In this document: positions 51,481-61,519 of the stretch, one piece after another
Numbering within the stretch: position 1 is the stretch's first letter
Layout of the letters: each line of letters opens with the position of its first letter
NCBI GenBank assembly: GCA_965213625.1
Contig: CBDBZU010000004.1
Span: 2,304,001 to 2,368,000 of the forward strand
DNA length: 64,000 bases
Origin: a bacterium
GTDB taxonomy: Bacteria > UBA8248
Direction: 5' to 3'
The notes under the pieces: generated by a model
What the model was told of the DNA's origin: nothing
What the model saw: the letters and a program-made list of their open reading frames with translations, nothing else
Databases searched by the model: none
Made by a program: the position numbers and the translations under genes

Positions 51481-53277
51481 ATGAGAATCATGGGACAGGA
51501 ATCAACGGGCCGGTTTTTGAGATTTCCCCTATGGGCGATGGTTTTGTGCCTCATCGCCATGTGCGCGTCTGACACCTTCGCCGCAGGAAAAAGGCGCGCT
51601 CCGAAAAAAAGAGTCGCTTCCAAAAAAGGCGTCGTCTCGAAGGCCGCCTTCCAGGCCAGGGTAAAACGCGCCATAAAAAGGCAGTGCGCCCGCCCCGGAC
51701 GCCTGGGACTTTACATTCGTTCTGTTTCCACCGCGCAGACGCTCTATTCCCATAACGCCGCCACGAGGCGGATACCTGCGTCGAACGTCAAGATATTCAC
51801 TGCCGCCGCCGCGCTCGCACGCCTGGGGCCGGACTACCGCTTCGCCACCGATTTTTACGCGAAGGGCAAGGTTCGAGGCGGCGTCCTCCGGGGAGACCTG
51901 TACCTCAAGGGCTATGGCGATCCGCTTTTCGTGCATGAAAAGATGCGCGACCTCGTGCGCCGCCTCAAACTGCGGGGCGTAAGGCGTATCGAGGGCGATC
52001 TGGTGGCGGACGACACCTTTTTTGACGATAAGAAACATGGGCGCGGCTGGCGCGTGGGCCGCTCCATCCGGCCCTATCTGGCGCCGCATGGGGCATTGTC
52101 CATGAATTTTGGTCAGGCGAACGTACTCGTGGCTCCGGGTGATAGGGTCGGCGTCCCGGCTTTGGTGAATCTCGAGCCGCCCTCTCGCGCGCTTCGCCTC
52201 AAGGCGAGAGTGAAGACCTCGCGCAGGAGCTTGAATATCCGGCTCGGACGCATGCGCTCCAAGGGAAAAGATGTCGTTATTGTAAATGGTTTGTTTCCGG
52301 CCGGAAACAGGATGAAGAAGTACCGGGTACCCGTTACGGACCCCGCCGGCTTCACCGCCGGCGCGGTCGCCGTCGAGTTCGAGAGGCAGGGTATCGCCTT
52401 GATGGGCAAGATACGGCGGGCCGCCACGCCGTCCGATGCGAAACTCCTGGCGAGAAACCTCTCGCCGCAGTTGAGCGAAGTGGTTCGGGGGCTCAACAAG
52501 TTCAGCAACAATTTCGTGGCCGAGCAAGTTCTCAAGACAATGGGCGCCGATACGCACGGCGCGCCGGGCACGGCGGAAAAAGGCCTTCGCGTCGTGCGGG
52601 ATTTCTTAATCTCCACCGGCGTTTCGGCGAAAGAGATCGCCCTTGCCGACGGTTCGGGCTTGAGCAGGATGAACCGCTCCTCGCCGCGCGCTCTGGCGAC
52701 TCTCCTCGAGGCGGCGCACAACGATTTCAGGCTACGGCCCGAGTTCATGTCATCTCTCGCCGTCTTCGGCGTCGACGGAACGGTGAAGAAAAGACGCCGC
52801 CGGGGAGTCGATTCGCGCCGGGTGCGGGTGAAGACGGGCGTGTTGAACGGCGTGCGCGCTTTTAGTGGATATGCGGCCGCCGGAAACGGAGAAATCCTCG
52901 CTTTCTCTGTTCTCATGAATGGGAATGCCTGCCGGCCCAAAGGCTTCACGGGCGAGTTGGTGCGCTCGATGGTTTCATTGAACCGGAATTTTTCAAAACC
53001 CGTGAACACCCACTTCAAAGGGGCGCGCGATATGATGTCGCGCTCCATGCCGAAGCCTTCCATCAGAGACGGATGGCGCAGGCGCTCCTCTCCCCGCACA
53101 GGTCCGGCCGAAGAGGGTGAATTTGAATATCTAGGGCCGGGAATCGTCCCGTTCGCCGAATCGCCTCTGGATGGTTCCACCGGCGACTCGTCTGCGGAGA
53201 ATTCTGCCGAAGCGGCTCAGGCGGAAGGAAGCGCTGCATGGCCCTCGAAAAACACCCCGGGCAGGCGTAGCCGTTAG
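51481..53277 (+). CDS. dacB: D-Ala-D-Ala carboxypeptidase/endopeptidase PBP4 (peptidase S13)
   Basis: PASNVK (SxxK), SNN, DGSGLSR, KTG; low-complexity C-terminal extension. Confidence 0.92.
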   Translation: MRIMGQESTGRFLRFPLWAMVLCLIAMCASDTFAAGKRRAPKKRVASKKGVVSKAAFQARVKRAIKRQCARPGRLGLYIRSVSTAQTLYSHNAATRRIPASNVKIFTAAAALARLGPDYRFATDFYAKGKVRGGVLRGDLYLKGYGDPLFVHEKMRDLVRRLKLRGVRRIEGDLVADDTFFDDKKHGRGWRVGRSIRPYLAPHGALSMNFGQANVLVAPGDRVGVPALVNLEPPSRALRLKARVKTSRRSLNIRLGRMRSKGKDVVIVNGLFPAGNRMKKYRVPVTDPAGFTAGAVAVEFERQGIALMGKIRRAATPSDAKLLARNLSPQLSEVVRGLNKFSNNFVAEQVLKTMGADTHGAPGTAEKGLRVVRDFLISTGVSAKEIALADGSGLSRMNRSSPRALATLLEAAHNDFRLRPEFMSSLAVFGVDGTVKKRRRRGVDSRRVRVKTGVLNGVRAFSGYAAAGNGEILAFSVLMNGNACRPKGFTGELVRSMVSLNRNFSKPVNTHFKGARDMMSRSMPKPSIRDGWRRRSSPRTGPAEEGEFEYLGPGIVPFAESPLDGSTGDSSAENSAEAAQAEGSAAWPSKNTPGRRSR

Positions 53278-53359
53278 TGATGGATGAGCGCGGCGCTTGC
53301 CCGGAACCGACTCTCCCGGCGCGGTCGCTGCGGACGGAGACGGGGAGCATGAAGAGCCG

Positions 53360-55150
53360 ATGAGCAAGTCCACCGGCCCGCTCGCCTTTTCCAGCAAGTG
53401 GACCCTGCGTCCCGTCGATAAAGAAGCTGCGGAGAAACTTTCCCGGGAATTGAACGTACCCCTTCTCATGGGGAGGCTCCTCACGCAAAGGGGCATTCAA
53501 GACCCCGGCGAGGCGCGTAAATTCCTGGACGCCCCCCTGTCGGGACTGCACGATCCGTTTCTCATGAAAGGGATGGAAGAGGCCGTCTCCCACCTCATGG
53601 AGCAGGTAAGAAACCGCCGCCCCATCGGCGTTTATGGAGATTACGACGTGGACGGCATCTCCGCCACGGCGCTCCTGTGCCGGTTTCTCTCCCAGGTGGG
53701 CGTCAGGGTTCCCTACTACATTCCGAATAGACTGAATGAGGGGTACGGCCTGCACCGCAAAGGTCTGGAAAAGCTGAAAGAAGCAGGCTGCGGCACAGTG
53801 GTGACGGTCGATTGCGGAATCAGCGCGCACGCCGCCGCAAAAGAAGCCGAGCAGATGGGCTTGCGCCTCATCATCACCGATCATCATCGCCCGCCCGATG
53901 AGTTGCCGCCCTCCGTGGCCGTCCTGAACCCCCGCCAGCGAGGCTGTGAATATCCTTTTCGTGGACTCAGCGGAGTCGGGGTCGCGTTCAAGCTCATCAC
54001 CGCCGTGAGAAGGCGCTTGCATGAGGGCGGGTTCGCGGCGCCGCTGCCGAACCTCAAACAGCACCTGGACCTGGTGGCGCTGGGCACTGTGGCCGACGTG
54101 GTTCCCCTGCGGGATGAGAATCATATTTTCGTGCGCCACGGGCTCGAGATTCTCTCGCCCCCCGAAGTGGCCCAGGGCGGGTTCGAGACCCTGGATCGGC
54201 GAAAGGCGGGAATACGCGCCTTGCAAGCGTCGGCGAATCTGAAAGCCGAAGCGCTCAACGTCGGGCACGTGTCCTTCACCCTCGCGCCGAGGCTCAACGC
54301 GGCGGGACGGGTGGGAGAAGCTTCCTTCGGCGTCGAGCTTCTCACCGCAGACGACGAGGGCGAGGCGCGCTCCCGGGCGGAAGTACTCGAAGAATGGAAC
54401 CGTCAGCGCCAGAATTTGCAGCAGCAAGCCTGGGAGGAGGCGATGGCCTTCATGGAGTCATCGGGAGTCGAAGCCCGCGATGAGGCCATCGTTCTCGCGA
54501 GCGACAAATGGCACCCCGGCGTCGTGGGCATCGTGGCCTCTAAACTCGTGGAGGAGTATCACCAGCCCTCGGTCCTCATCCACTTGAAGGACGGGGTGGG
54601 CAAGGGCTCCGTTCGCTCGGCCATGGGTCTTCACGTGTACGAGGCGCTCGAGCGCTGTTCTGATTTATTGATTCAGTTCGGCGGACACAAGGGCGCCGCG
54701 GGCCTCAAGGTGGCGGAAGAGAAGATAGACGCTTTTAGGGGACGCTTCCGGGAGGTGATTCGCGGGATGAGAAAATCCGGAGCGGATGAGCGTGAACTCA
54801 TGCTCGACGCCCGCGTCGATTTTTCCGAGATGGACGCGCCGCTCCTGGAGCAACTCGAGGGCATGGCGCCTTTCGGGGAGGAGAACCCGCGGCCCGTGTT
54901 TGTTGCTTCCCGAGTCGAGGTGGCCGGAAGTCCCGGGGCGGTGGGCCGCGAGAGGGAGCACTTGAAGCTGAACCTGCGCCAGTTACGCGAGGAGAGAGAG
55001 GCCATCGGCTTCGGCATGGGGGCGCTGCTCAAGGAGCCGGAGCGTTTGAAGGGCAAGCTCGACGTCGCGTTCTCCCCCGGCCTGAACCGCTGGCGAGGCA
55101 ACACCAGGATACAACTCGAACTCCGCGCCATCCGTCCGGCGGGCGGCTAG
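53360..55150 (+). CDS. recJ: Single-stranded-DNA exonuclease RecJ
   Basis: YGDYDVDG, PNRLNEGYG, TVDCG, TDHH, APRLNAAGR, FGGH, PFGEENP. Confidence 0.96.
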   Translation: MSKSTGPLAFSSKWTLRPVDKEAAEKLSRELNVPLLMGRLLTQRGIQDPGEARKFLDAPLSGLHDPFLMKGMEEAVSHLMEQVRNRRPIGVYGDYDVDGISATALLCRFLSQVGVRVPYYIPNRLNEGYGLHRKGLEKLKEAGCGTVVTVDCGISAHAAAKEAEQMGLRLIITDHHRPPDELPPSVAVLNPRQRGCEYPFRGLSGVGVAFKLITAVRRRLHEGGFAAPLPNLKQHLDLVALGTVADVVPLRDENHIFVRHGLEILSPPEVAQGGFETLDRRKAGIRALQASANLKAEALNVGHVSFTLAPRLNAAGRVGEASFGVELLTADDEGEARSRAEVLEEWNRQRQNLQQQAWEEAMAFMESSGVEARDEAIVLASDKWHPGVVGIVASKLVEEYHQPSVLIHLKDGVGKGSVRSAMGLHVYEALERCSDLLIQFGGHKGAAGLKVAEEKIDAFRGRFREVIRGMRKSGADERELMLDARVDFSEMDAPLLEQLEGMAPFGEENPRPVFVASRVEVAGSPGAVGREREHLKLNLRQLREEREAIGFGMGALLKEPERLKGKLDVAFSPGLNRWRGNTRIQLELRAIRPAGG

Positions 55151-56307
55151 CCGAAGAGGGTTTCGAGCGACTCCCTGTCGTCGGGCTTCATCGAGAACTC
55201 GCTCAAATTGCCTAGATCCAGGTTTTTGGACAACAACATCACCTTGATGGCCCCGCCCAGACCGGTGGGGTCCATGATTCCCATGATGGATTGGCGCTCG
55301 CGCCTCGCTTTTTCTTTATCCTCGGCCTTCCAGTTCTCCACCGCTTGCGGAAGCCCGGCGCCCAGAAGAAAGCGCGTCTGATCCGTGAAGCCCGCGAGTT
55401 CCATGCCGTGCGAGGTGGCCGCCCGCAGGATGGAGGTGAAGTCGACATGGGTCGTGAGGTCGGTTTCACCGGGAAGGGAGAGCACGTCGCTAACGAGGGT
55501 GTGATCTCTGTAGCCGCGAAGCGCGCCCTCGTGGCGGGTGGGGCCGTAGAGGACGCGCGCGGAGAAGCCGTAGTCGAAGATAAGAATGGCGCCCCGCTCC
55601 ATCCGGCGCGCCACTTTGTTCACCCAGTCGAAGGCGCGCAGGTTCACCTCCGCCATCTGTCCCCTGGAGAGCCGCACACCCAAATCGGGGAACCAGCCGC
55701 TCAAGCGCGCATCAGATAGCGCGCCCTCGCAGAATTGAAGCCTCTGGCCGCTCTGAGCCACATATCTCTCTTTAATGTCCTGTTCTTTCTGGATGAGGGC
55801 GTGGACGGGCAGGGCGTCCAGGAACTCATGGGCGAGCACGACGCCCTCGAAGCCCGGTGGCGGGTATTGTGATGCGTCAGCGAATCGAACCTCGTCCGAA
55901 TCCTGGAATTTTTCTCCAATCCGCGCTTGGGCCTGCGCGCTTTGCTCGGCGAACGTATACTTGATGGTCTTTTTGAGGGCAGACTGAGATGTGCGAGCCG
56001 ATTCCAGGATGTCGAAGGCGAGCCATCCCTCTCCCGGTCCGTACTCCCAGACGTTTAGCAAGGGCGGCTCGTCCATGCGGAGCCGGATTTTCTCGAGAAG
56101 CGGCGCAATCATCCGCCCGAGCCATGGGCTCTGATGAGGCGAGGTGTAGAAATCGCCACCTGGGCCGATTCGCGAGTCTTCCCGGCAATAATAGCCACCT
56201 TGGGGATGATAGAGGGCGAGTTCCATGAATCGGCGAAAGGGGATGGGGCCTTTTTCGAGCGCATCCGCAAGGGCTTTGGAGAGTTCGGGATGAGAGGCGA
56301 TTTTCAT
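55147..56307 (-). CDS. MidA/NDUFAF7-family SAM-dependent methyltransferase
   Basis: FMELALYHP..GYY, GDFYTSP, EYGPGEG, HEFLDALP, DYG, DLTTHVDF. Confidence 0.92.
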   Translation of the reverse strand: MKIASHPELSKALADALEKGPIPFRRFMELALYHPQGGYYCREDSRIGPGGDFYTSPHQSPWLGRMIAPLLEKIRLRMDEPPLLNVWEYGPGEGWLAFDILESARTSQSALKKTIKYTFAEQSAQAQARIGEKFQDSDEVRFADASQYPPPGFEGVVLAHEFLDALPVHALIQKEQDIKERYVAQSGQRLQFCEGALSDARLSGWFPDLGVRLSRGQMAEVNLRAFDWVNKVARRMERGAILIFDYGFSARVLYGPTRHEGALRGYRDHTLVSDVLSLPGETDLTTHVDFTSILRAATSHGMELAGFTDQTRFLLGAGLPQAVENWKAEDKEKARRERQSIMGIMDPTGLGGAIKVMLLSKNLDLGNLSEFSMKPDDRESLETLFG

Positions 56308-56440
56308 GGCGCGGAGTATACACCCGCTAAAGATGGACAAGAAGAGCGAGTCGCGGGAACATCTCCTTGATTCCGGTGGTAGGAATAACTATCATCCCGA
56401 GGTGAGAGAACTAATTACAGCATCACGAGTGAGGTACCAC

Positions 56441-56692
56441 ATGATTGTTCGCGTCAAATGTTTCGCCTGGGCCAAAGAGGTGACGGGCGAGGAGGAAATA
56501 GACCTGGAAGTGCCCGATGGCGCCACGGTGGCCGATTTGAGGGATAGCCTCGCCGAGCGGTTTCCGGTTTTTTCGGGGCGCATGGAGTCCATCGCCGTTT
56601 CCGTCAACCAGGAGTTCGCGGGCGAGGGCACGCCCGTGGATGCGGGCGATGAACTGGCGCTCATCCCGCCCATCAGCGGAGGTTGCGCATGA
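56441..56692 (+). CDS. moaD: Molybdopterin synthase sulfur-carrier subunit
   Basis: VKCFA, TVADL, AVSVNQEF, GDELALIPPISGG followed by CA. Confidence 0.9.
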   Translation: MIVRVKCFAWAKEVTGEEEIDLEVPDGATVADLRDSLAERFPVFSGRMESIAVSVNQEFAGEGTPVDAGDELALIPPISGGCA

Positions 56693-57150
56693 TTTGCCGC
56701 ATCACGGATACCGCCATCGACATGGACGAGTTGACCGACAGCTTGGATTCCCCCGAATTGGGCGGGCTCTGCACGTTCGTGGGCAAAGTCAGGAACCACA
56801 GCGCGGGGCAGGGGGTGACGCATCTCGAATACCACGCCTATCCAGAGATGGCGGAGAAGAAGATGCGCCAGGTCGCCGGGGAGATCGAGGAGCGCTACGG
56901 CGTCACCCACCTGGCGATGGCCCACCGGGTGGGTACCCTCGCCATAGGAGATATCGCGGTGGGCATCGCGGCGGCCTCCGCCCACCGGGACGCTGCCTTC
57001 AAGGCGTGCCGCTACGCGATCGACCGCATCAAGCAGATCGTTCCGATATGGAAAAAGGAATTCGGCGAAGACGGCGTGGCCTGGGTCGAGGGCTGCGCGG
57101 TGGACGCGGAGACGGCGGAGCCTCAAAAAGCGCAAAATCAGCGCGTTTGA
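56689..57150 (+). CDS. moaE: Molybdopterin synthase catalytic subunit
   Basis: FVGKVRNH, LEYHAYPEMA, HRVG, SAHR, VPIWKKE; ATGA coupling with moaD. Confidence 0.93.
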   Translation: MICRITDTAIDMDELTDSLDSPELGGLCTFVGKVRNHSAGQGVTHLEYHAYPEMAEKKMRQVAGEIEERYGVTHLAMAHRVGTLAIGDIAVGIAAASAHRDAAFKACRYAIDRIKQIVPIWKKEFGEDGVAWVEGCAVDAETAEPQKAQNQRV

Positions 57151-57362
57151 CTTTTTTCCCCTTCCAGCTAAAATTTATCTATACCAACAGAGAATTGCGC
57201 CTGGAGATGGCGTTTGATGTCTATGACGTATTTTTCGTTCCATAGTTATTGATTACGCACATATAGAGCTTCGTTTCATCCTGCTTTGGAAACATTTGAA
57301 GAAAGGGCGGATTTACCGCTGCGAGATTCAATGTTTTTCCCACCTAGCAAGGAGGATAGAAA

Positions 57363-58556
57363 ATGAAAATGGCTCGCATCTTCATTACAATCGCATTTTT
57401 GGTGACGACGGCGTTCTTCGCCAGCCCGGTACTGGCTGCGAACGAAATCCACTTCGGCGGAGCCATCTCCCAGACGGGCCGTTATGCGGAGCCTGCCGGC
57501 AGGTTCGTCAACGCCTACAAGCTGTACATCGATCAGGTAAACGCCAAGGGCGGTCTGCTGGGTAAGAAGATTAAAGTCACTCTCCTGGACGACAAATCGG
57601 ACAAGCAGACAAGCATCAAGCTCTACGAGAAGCTCATCACGCAGGATAAGGTCGCCATCACGCTCGGCCCCTACTCGAGCGGCATCACCGACGCGGTGGC
57701 CAACGTGCTGGAACGGTACAAGTACCCCACGCTGGCGCCGGGCGCCTCCTCGGGCATCATCTGGAAAAAAGGCAGAAAATATCTTTTCAACCAGAACGCC
57801 ATCGCCCAGAACTATCAAAGGGGCGCCGTTTTCATGGCGAAAGATATCGGCGTGAAGCGAATCGCCATCGTCGGCGAGGACAGCCTCTTCCCGCGCCAGT
57901 CGGCCGAGGGCGCCGTGGAGTGGGCGAAGAAACTCGGCATCGAGGTCGTGCTGAACGAGAACTACACGCGCAAGCAGACCGACTTCACCGCGCTGCTGCA
58001 GAAAATCAAGGCGCGCCGCGCTGAGGCGCTCATTTCGAACAGCTACTTCGCGGATGCCGTGGCCCAGATTCGCCAGCTCAGGGAACTCAACATCAACCTC
58101 AAGATTTTCGCCGGAACCGTCGGCCCCGGCCTGCCCAAGTTTGCGAAACAACTCGGCAACACGGCGGAGTACGTTCTGGGCTTCAGCCAGTGGGAGCCGC
58201 GGCCCGAAATTCTGAAGTTCCCGGGCATGAAGCATTTCATCGACTCGTACGTGAAGCGTCACAAAGTAAAGCCGAACTACCACGCCGGAATCGCCTGGGT
58301 GTCGATGCAGATTATGACCCAGGCCATCGAAAAGGCGGGTTCTTATGATCGCCAGAAGGTCTGGAAGACGCTGCGCACCTCACAGTTCCAGACCGTTATG
58401 GGGAAATGGAAGGTGGATGAGAACAACCTGAACGATCATGACGGCCTGACCTTCCAGATTCTCGACGGCCAGCGCAAGATCGTCTGGCCGAAGAAGATCG
58501 CGGAAGTCCCCTACAAGCTGCCGATGCCCAAGTGGAAGGACAGGGCCAAGAACTAG
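57363..58556 (+). CDS. Branched-chain amino-acid-type ABC substrate-binding protein, paralog 1
   Basis: Signal peptide, SQTGRYA, NAKGGLLGKKI, LGPYSSG, TDFTALLQKIK. Confidence 0.92.
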   Translation: MKMARIFITIAFLVTTAFFASPVLAANEIHFGGAISQTGRYAEPAGRFVNAYKLYIDQVNAKGGLLGKKIKVTLLDDKSDKQTSIKLYEKLITQDKVAITLGPYSSGITDAVANVLERYKYPTLAPGASSGIIWKKGRKYLFNQNAIAQNYQRGAVFMAKDIGVKRIAIVGEDSLFPRQSAEGAVEWAKKLGIEVVLNENYTRKQTDFTALLQKIKARRAEALISNSYFADAVAQIRQLRELNINLKIFAGTVGPGLPKFAKQLGNTAEYVLGFSQWEPRPEILKFPGMKHFIDSYVKRHKVKPNYHAGIAWVSMQIMTQAIEKAGSYDRQKVWKTLRTSQFQTVMGKWKVDENNLNDHDGLTFQILDGQRKIVWPKKIAEVPYKLPMPKWKDRAKN

Positions 58557-58659
58557 GAAGGCGGCGTGTATGGAGTAGGTTTTTAACCTTGGCGCGCCGT
58601 ATTGTGATTGCGGCGCTATGGTTGAGCTTCCATAAGAATCCATAAGAGGAGGATCGGAA

Positions 58660-59856
58660 ATGAGGAAAAGCCTTGTTTTGGTTCTCGGCTTTGTTCTCGC
58701 GCTAACGGCTGCTCCCTTCGTGGAGAAAAGCCACGCGAAGGACAAAGTCACCCTGGGAATCGCCATTTCGCAGACGGGCCGCTACGCCGAGCCCGCCGGA
58801 CGTATGGTGAACTCCTACAATCTGTACGTGGACCAGATGAACGCCAAGGGTGGTTGGATCGGCAAGAAAATCGATATGATCATCCTGGACGACAAATCGG
58901 ACAAGCAGACCAGCATCAAGCTCTATGAGAAGCTGATCACGCAGGACAAGGTCGACCTGACCATGGGCCCCTACTCCAGCGGCATCACCGACGCCGTGGC
59001 CAACGTGCTCGAAAGGTACAAGTACCCCACGCTGGCGCCGGGCGCCGCCTCGGGCATCATCTGGAAGAAGGGCCGTAAGTATCTCTTCGACATCATCGCC
59101 GTCGCCCAGGACTACCAGAAGGGCGCGCTCCACATCGCCAAGGACATCGGCGTGAAACGCATCGCCATCATCGGCGAGGACAGCCTCTTCCCGCGCCAGT
59201 CGGCGGAAGGCGCCGTGGACTGGGCGAAGAAGCTCGGCCTCAAAGTGGTGCTGAACGAGAACTATCCGCGCAAGCAGACCGACTTCACCGCGCTGCTCCA
59301 GAAGATCAAGGCGCGCCGCGCGGAGGCGCTCATCTCGAACAGCTACTTCGCGGACGCCGCGGCGCAGATTCGCCAGCTTAGAGAGCTGAACATCAACCTC
59401 AAGATTTTCGCCGGAACCGTCGGCCCGGGTCTGCCCAAGTTCGCCAAGCAGCTTGGTAACACGGCGGAGTACGTGCTGGGTTTCAGCCAATGGGAACCGA
59501 AGCCGGAAATTCTCAAGAGGCCCGGCATGAGGGCTTTCATCGCTGCGTATAAAAAGCGCTATGGCGTGAACCCGAACTACCACGCTGGTCAGTCTTATGC
59601 GTCCATGCAGGTTTTCGGCGAAGCGGTGAAACGAGCCGGCTCCATCGACAGGGACAAGGTATGGAGGACGATGCGCACCATGAGCACTACGACCATCATC
59701 GGTCCCTGGAAAGTGGATGACACCAACATGAACAATCACGAGGGCTTGACCTTCCAGATATTGAATGGCGAACGCAAGATCGTGTGGCCCAAGAAGATTT
59801 CGGAAGTCAACTACAAGCTGCCGATGCCCAAGTGGAAGGACAGGGCCAAAAACTAG
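58660..59856 (+). CDS. Branched-chain amino-acid-type ABC substrate-binding protein, paralog 2
   Basis: Same motifs; long identical stretches with paralogs 1 and 3. Confidence 0.92.
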   Translation: MRKSLVLVLGFVLALTAAPFVEKSHAKDKVTLGIAISQTGRYAEPAGRMVNSYNLYVDQMNAKGGWIGKKIDMIILDDKSDKQTSIKLYEKLITQDKVDLTMGPYSSGITDAVANVLERYKYPTLAPGAASGIIWKKGRKYLFDIIAVAQDYQKGALHIAKDIGVKRIAIIGEDSLFPRQSAEGAVDWAKKLGLKVVLNENYPRKQTDFTALLQKIKARRAEALISNSYFADAAAQIRQLRELNINLKIFAGTVGPGLPKFAKQLGNTAEYVLGFSQWEPKPEILKRPGMRAFIAAYKKRYGVNPNYHAGQSYASMQVFGEAVKRAGSIDRDKVWRTMRTMSTTTIIGPWKVDDTNMNNHEGLTFQILNGERKIVWPKKISEVNYKLPMPKWKDRAKN

Positions 59857-59903
59857 GAAGGCAAAGGAGATAGGCAAAGGTCGTAATAGCTTAGCAAGTC
59901 GAC

Positions 59904-59942
59904 TCCCGCCCCGCGCGTGGTATTGCGTGGGGCGGGATTTTT
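59904..59942 (+). terminator. Rho-independent terminator after paralog 2
   Basis: TCCCGCCCCGCGC...GCGTGGGGCGGGA followed by a T-run. Confidence 0.7.
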
Positions 59943-59995
59943 GCCGGTGCAATAAATTTTTGAGGGTTGTTCATAAATTCTTTATAAAACACCCT

Positions 59996-60023
59996 TTGAC
60001 ATATAAAACAATATGCGTATCAT
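59996..60023 (+). promoter_or_regulatory. Putative sigma70 promoter for paralog 3 and the permease operon
   Basis: TTGACA-16nt-TATCAT in an AT-rich intergenic region. Confidence 0.6.
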
Positions 60024-60195
60024 ACCGCACCTATTAAAGGCAAAAATGTGCATTCAGAACTACGAGAAGTTGATTATTTCACGAAGAAATAGTCTGAATT
60101 ACTGCAATGTAGCCGTTCATTTATGAGTAGTAATTCAAACTTGTTTTTCTGTTGTTAGGCAGTATTATTTGTTTCCATCAAAGGAGTGTAAAGAA

Positions 60196-61392
60196 ATGAA
60201 GAAAAGCTTTTTATTGATTCTCGGCTTTGTTATCGCCCTCACGGCTGCTCCCTTCGTGGAGAAAAGCCACGCGATGGACAAGGTCACACTGGGTATCGCC
60301 ATCTCGCAGACGGGCCGCTACGCCGAGCCCGCCGGACGTATGGTGAACTCCTATAAGCTGTATGTGGACCAGGTGAACGCCGGAAAAGGGTGGAACGGCA
60401 AGAAAATTGACTTCAACATTCTGGACGACAAATCGGACAAGCAGACCAGCCTCAAGCTTTACGAGAAGCTGATCACGCAGGACAAGGTGAACCTGACCAT
60501 CGGCCCCTATTCCAGCGGCATCACCGACGCCGTCGCCAACGTGTTCGAAAGGTACAAGTACCCCACGATGGCGCCGGGCGCCTCCTCAGGAATTATCTGG
60601 AAGAAAGGCCGCAAGTATCTGTTCAACATCATCGCCGTCGCCCAGGACTACCAGAAGGGCGCGATTCACATCGCCAAGGACATTGGCGTAAAAAGAATCG
60701 CCATCGTCGGCGAGGACAGCCTCTTCCCGCGCCAGTCGGCGGAAGGCGCCGTGGAGTGGGCGAAGAGGCTCGGGATCAAGGTGGTGTTGAACGAGAACTA
60801 CCCGCGCAAGCAGACCGACTTCACCGCGCTGCTGCAGAAGATCAAGGCGCGCCGCGCTGAGGCGCTCATTTCGAACAGCTACTTCGCCGACGCCGCAGCG
60901 CAGATTCGCCAGCTTAGAGAGCTCAACATCAACCTCAAGATTTTCGCCGGAACCGTCGGCCCGGGTCTTCCCAAGTTCGCCAAGCAGCTCGGCGACACCG
61001 CGGAATACGTTTTGGGCTTCAGCCAGTGGGAGCCGAAGCCGGCCATCCTCAAGCGGCCCGGCATGAAGAAGTTCATCGCGGCGTATGAAAAGCGCTACGG
61101 CGTGAAGCCGAACTACCACGCGGGCCAGTCCTACGCGTCCCTGCAGATTTTCGGTGACGCGGTGGCGAAAGCCGGTTCCGCGGATCGTGACAAGGTGTGG
61201 AAAGCGTTGCGCTCCATGAAGACAACGACCGTCATCGGCCCCTGGAAGGTGGACGACGCCAACCTGAACCAGCATGAGGGCTTGACCTTCCAGATTCTCG
61301 ACGGCCAGCGCAAAATCGTGTGGCCCAAGAATATCTCGGAAGTCCCCTACAAGCTGCCGATGCCCAATTGGAAGGAAAGAAGCAAGAACTAG
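60196..61392 (+). CDS. Branched-chain amino-acid-type ABC substrate-binding protein, paralog 3
   Basis: RBS AAGGAG, ATG 60196; same motifs. Confidence 0.92.
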   Translation: MKKSFLLILGFVIALTAAPFVEKSHAMDKVTLGIAISQTGRYAEPAGRMVNSYKLYVDQVNAGKGWNGKKIDFNILDDKSDKQTSLKLYEKLITQDKVNLTIGPYSSGITDAVANVFERYKYPTMAPGASSGIIWKKGRKYLFNIIAVAQDYQKGAIHIAKDIGVKRIAIVGEDSLFPRQSAEGAVEWAKRLGIKVVLNENYPRKQTDFTALLQKIKARRAEALISNSYFADAAAQIRQLRELNINLKIFAGTVGPGLPKFAKQLGDTAEYVLGFSQWEPKPAILKRPGMKKFIAAYEKRYGVKPNYHAGQSYASLQIFGDAVAKAGSADRDKVWKALRSMKTTTVIGPWKVDDANLNQHEGLTFQILDGQRKIVWPKNISEVPYKLPMPNWKERSKN

Positions 61393-61432
61393 GGGTTGCA
61401 TTAAACGCGAAAATGCAATAAACATTTGAACT

Positions 61433-61469
61433 TTCGCGCCGGGGCTGTTAAAGGCGGCCCCGGCGCGAA
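61433..61469 (+). other. Strong intercistronic hairpin between binding-protein and permease genes
   Basis: TTCGCGCCGGGGCTG...CGGCCCCGGCGCGAA. Confidence 0.6.
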
Positions 61470-61519
61470 GGCGAAAGTATCCGGTTTTTTTGCGTAGTAT
61501 TCCGAGGACATGATTTCTC

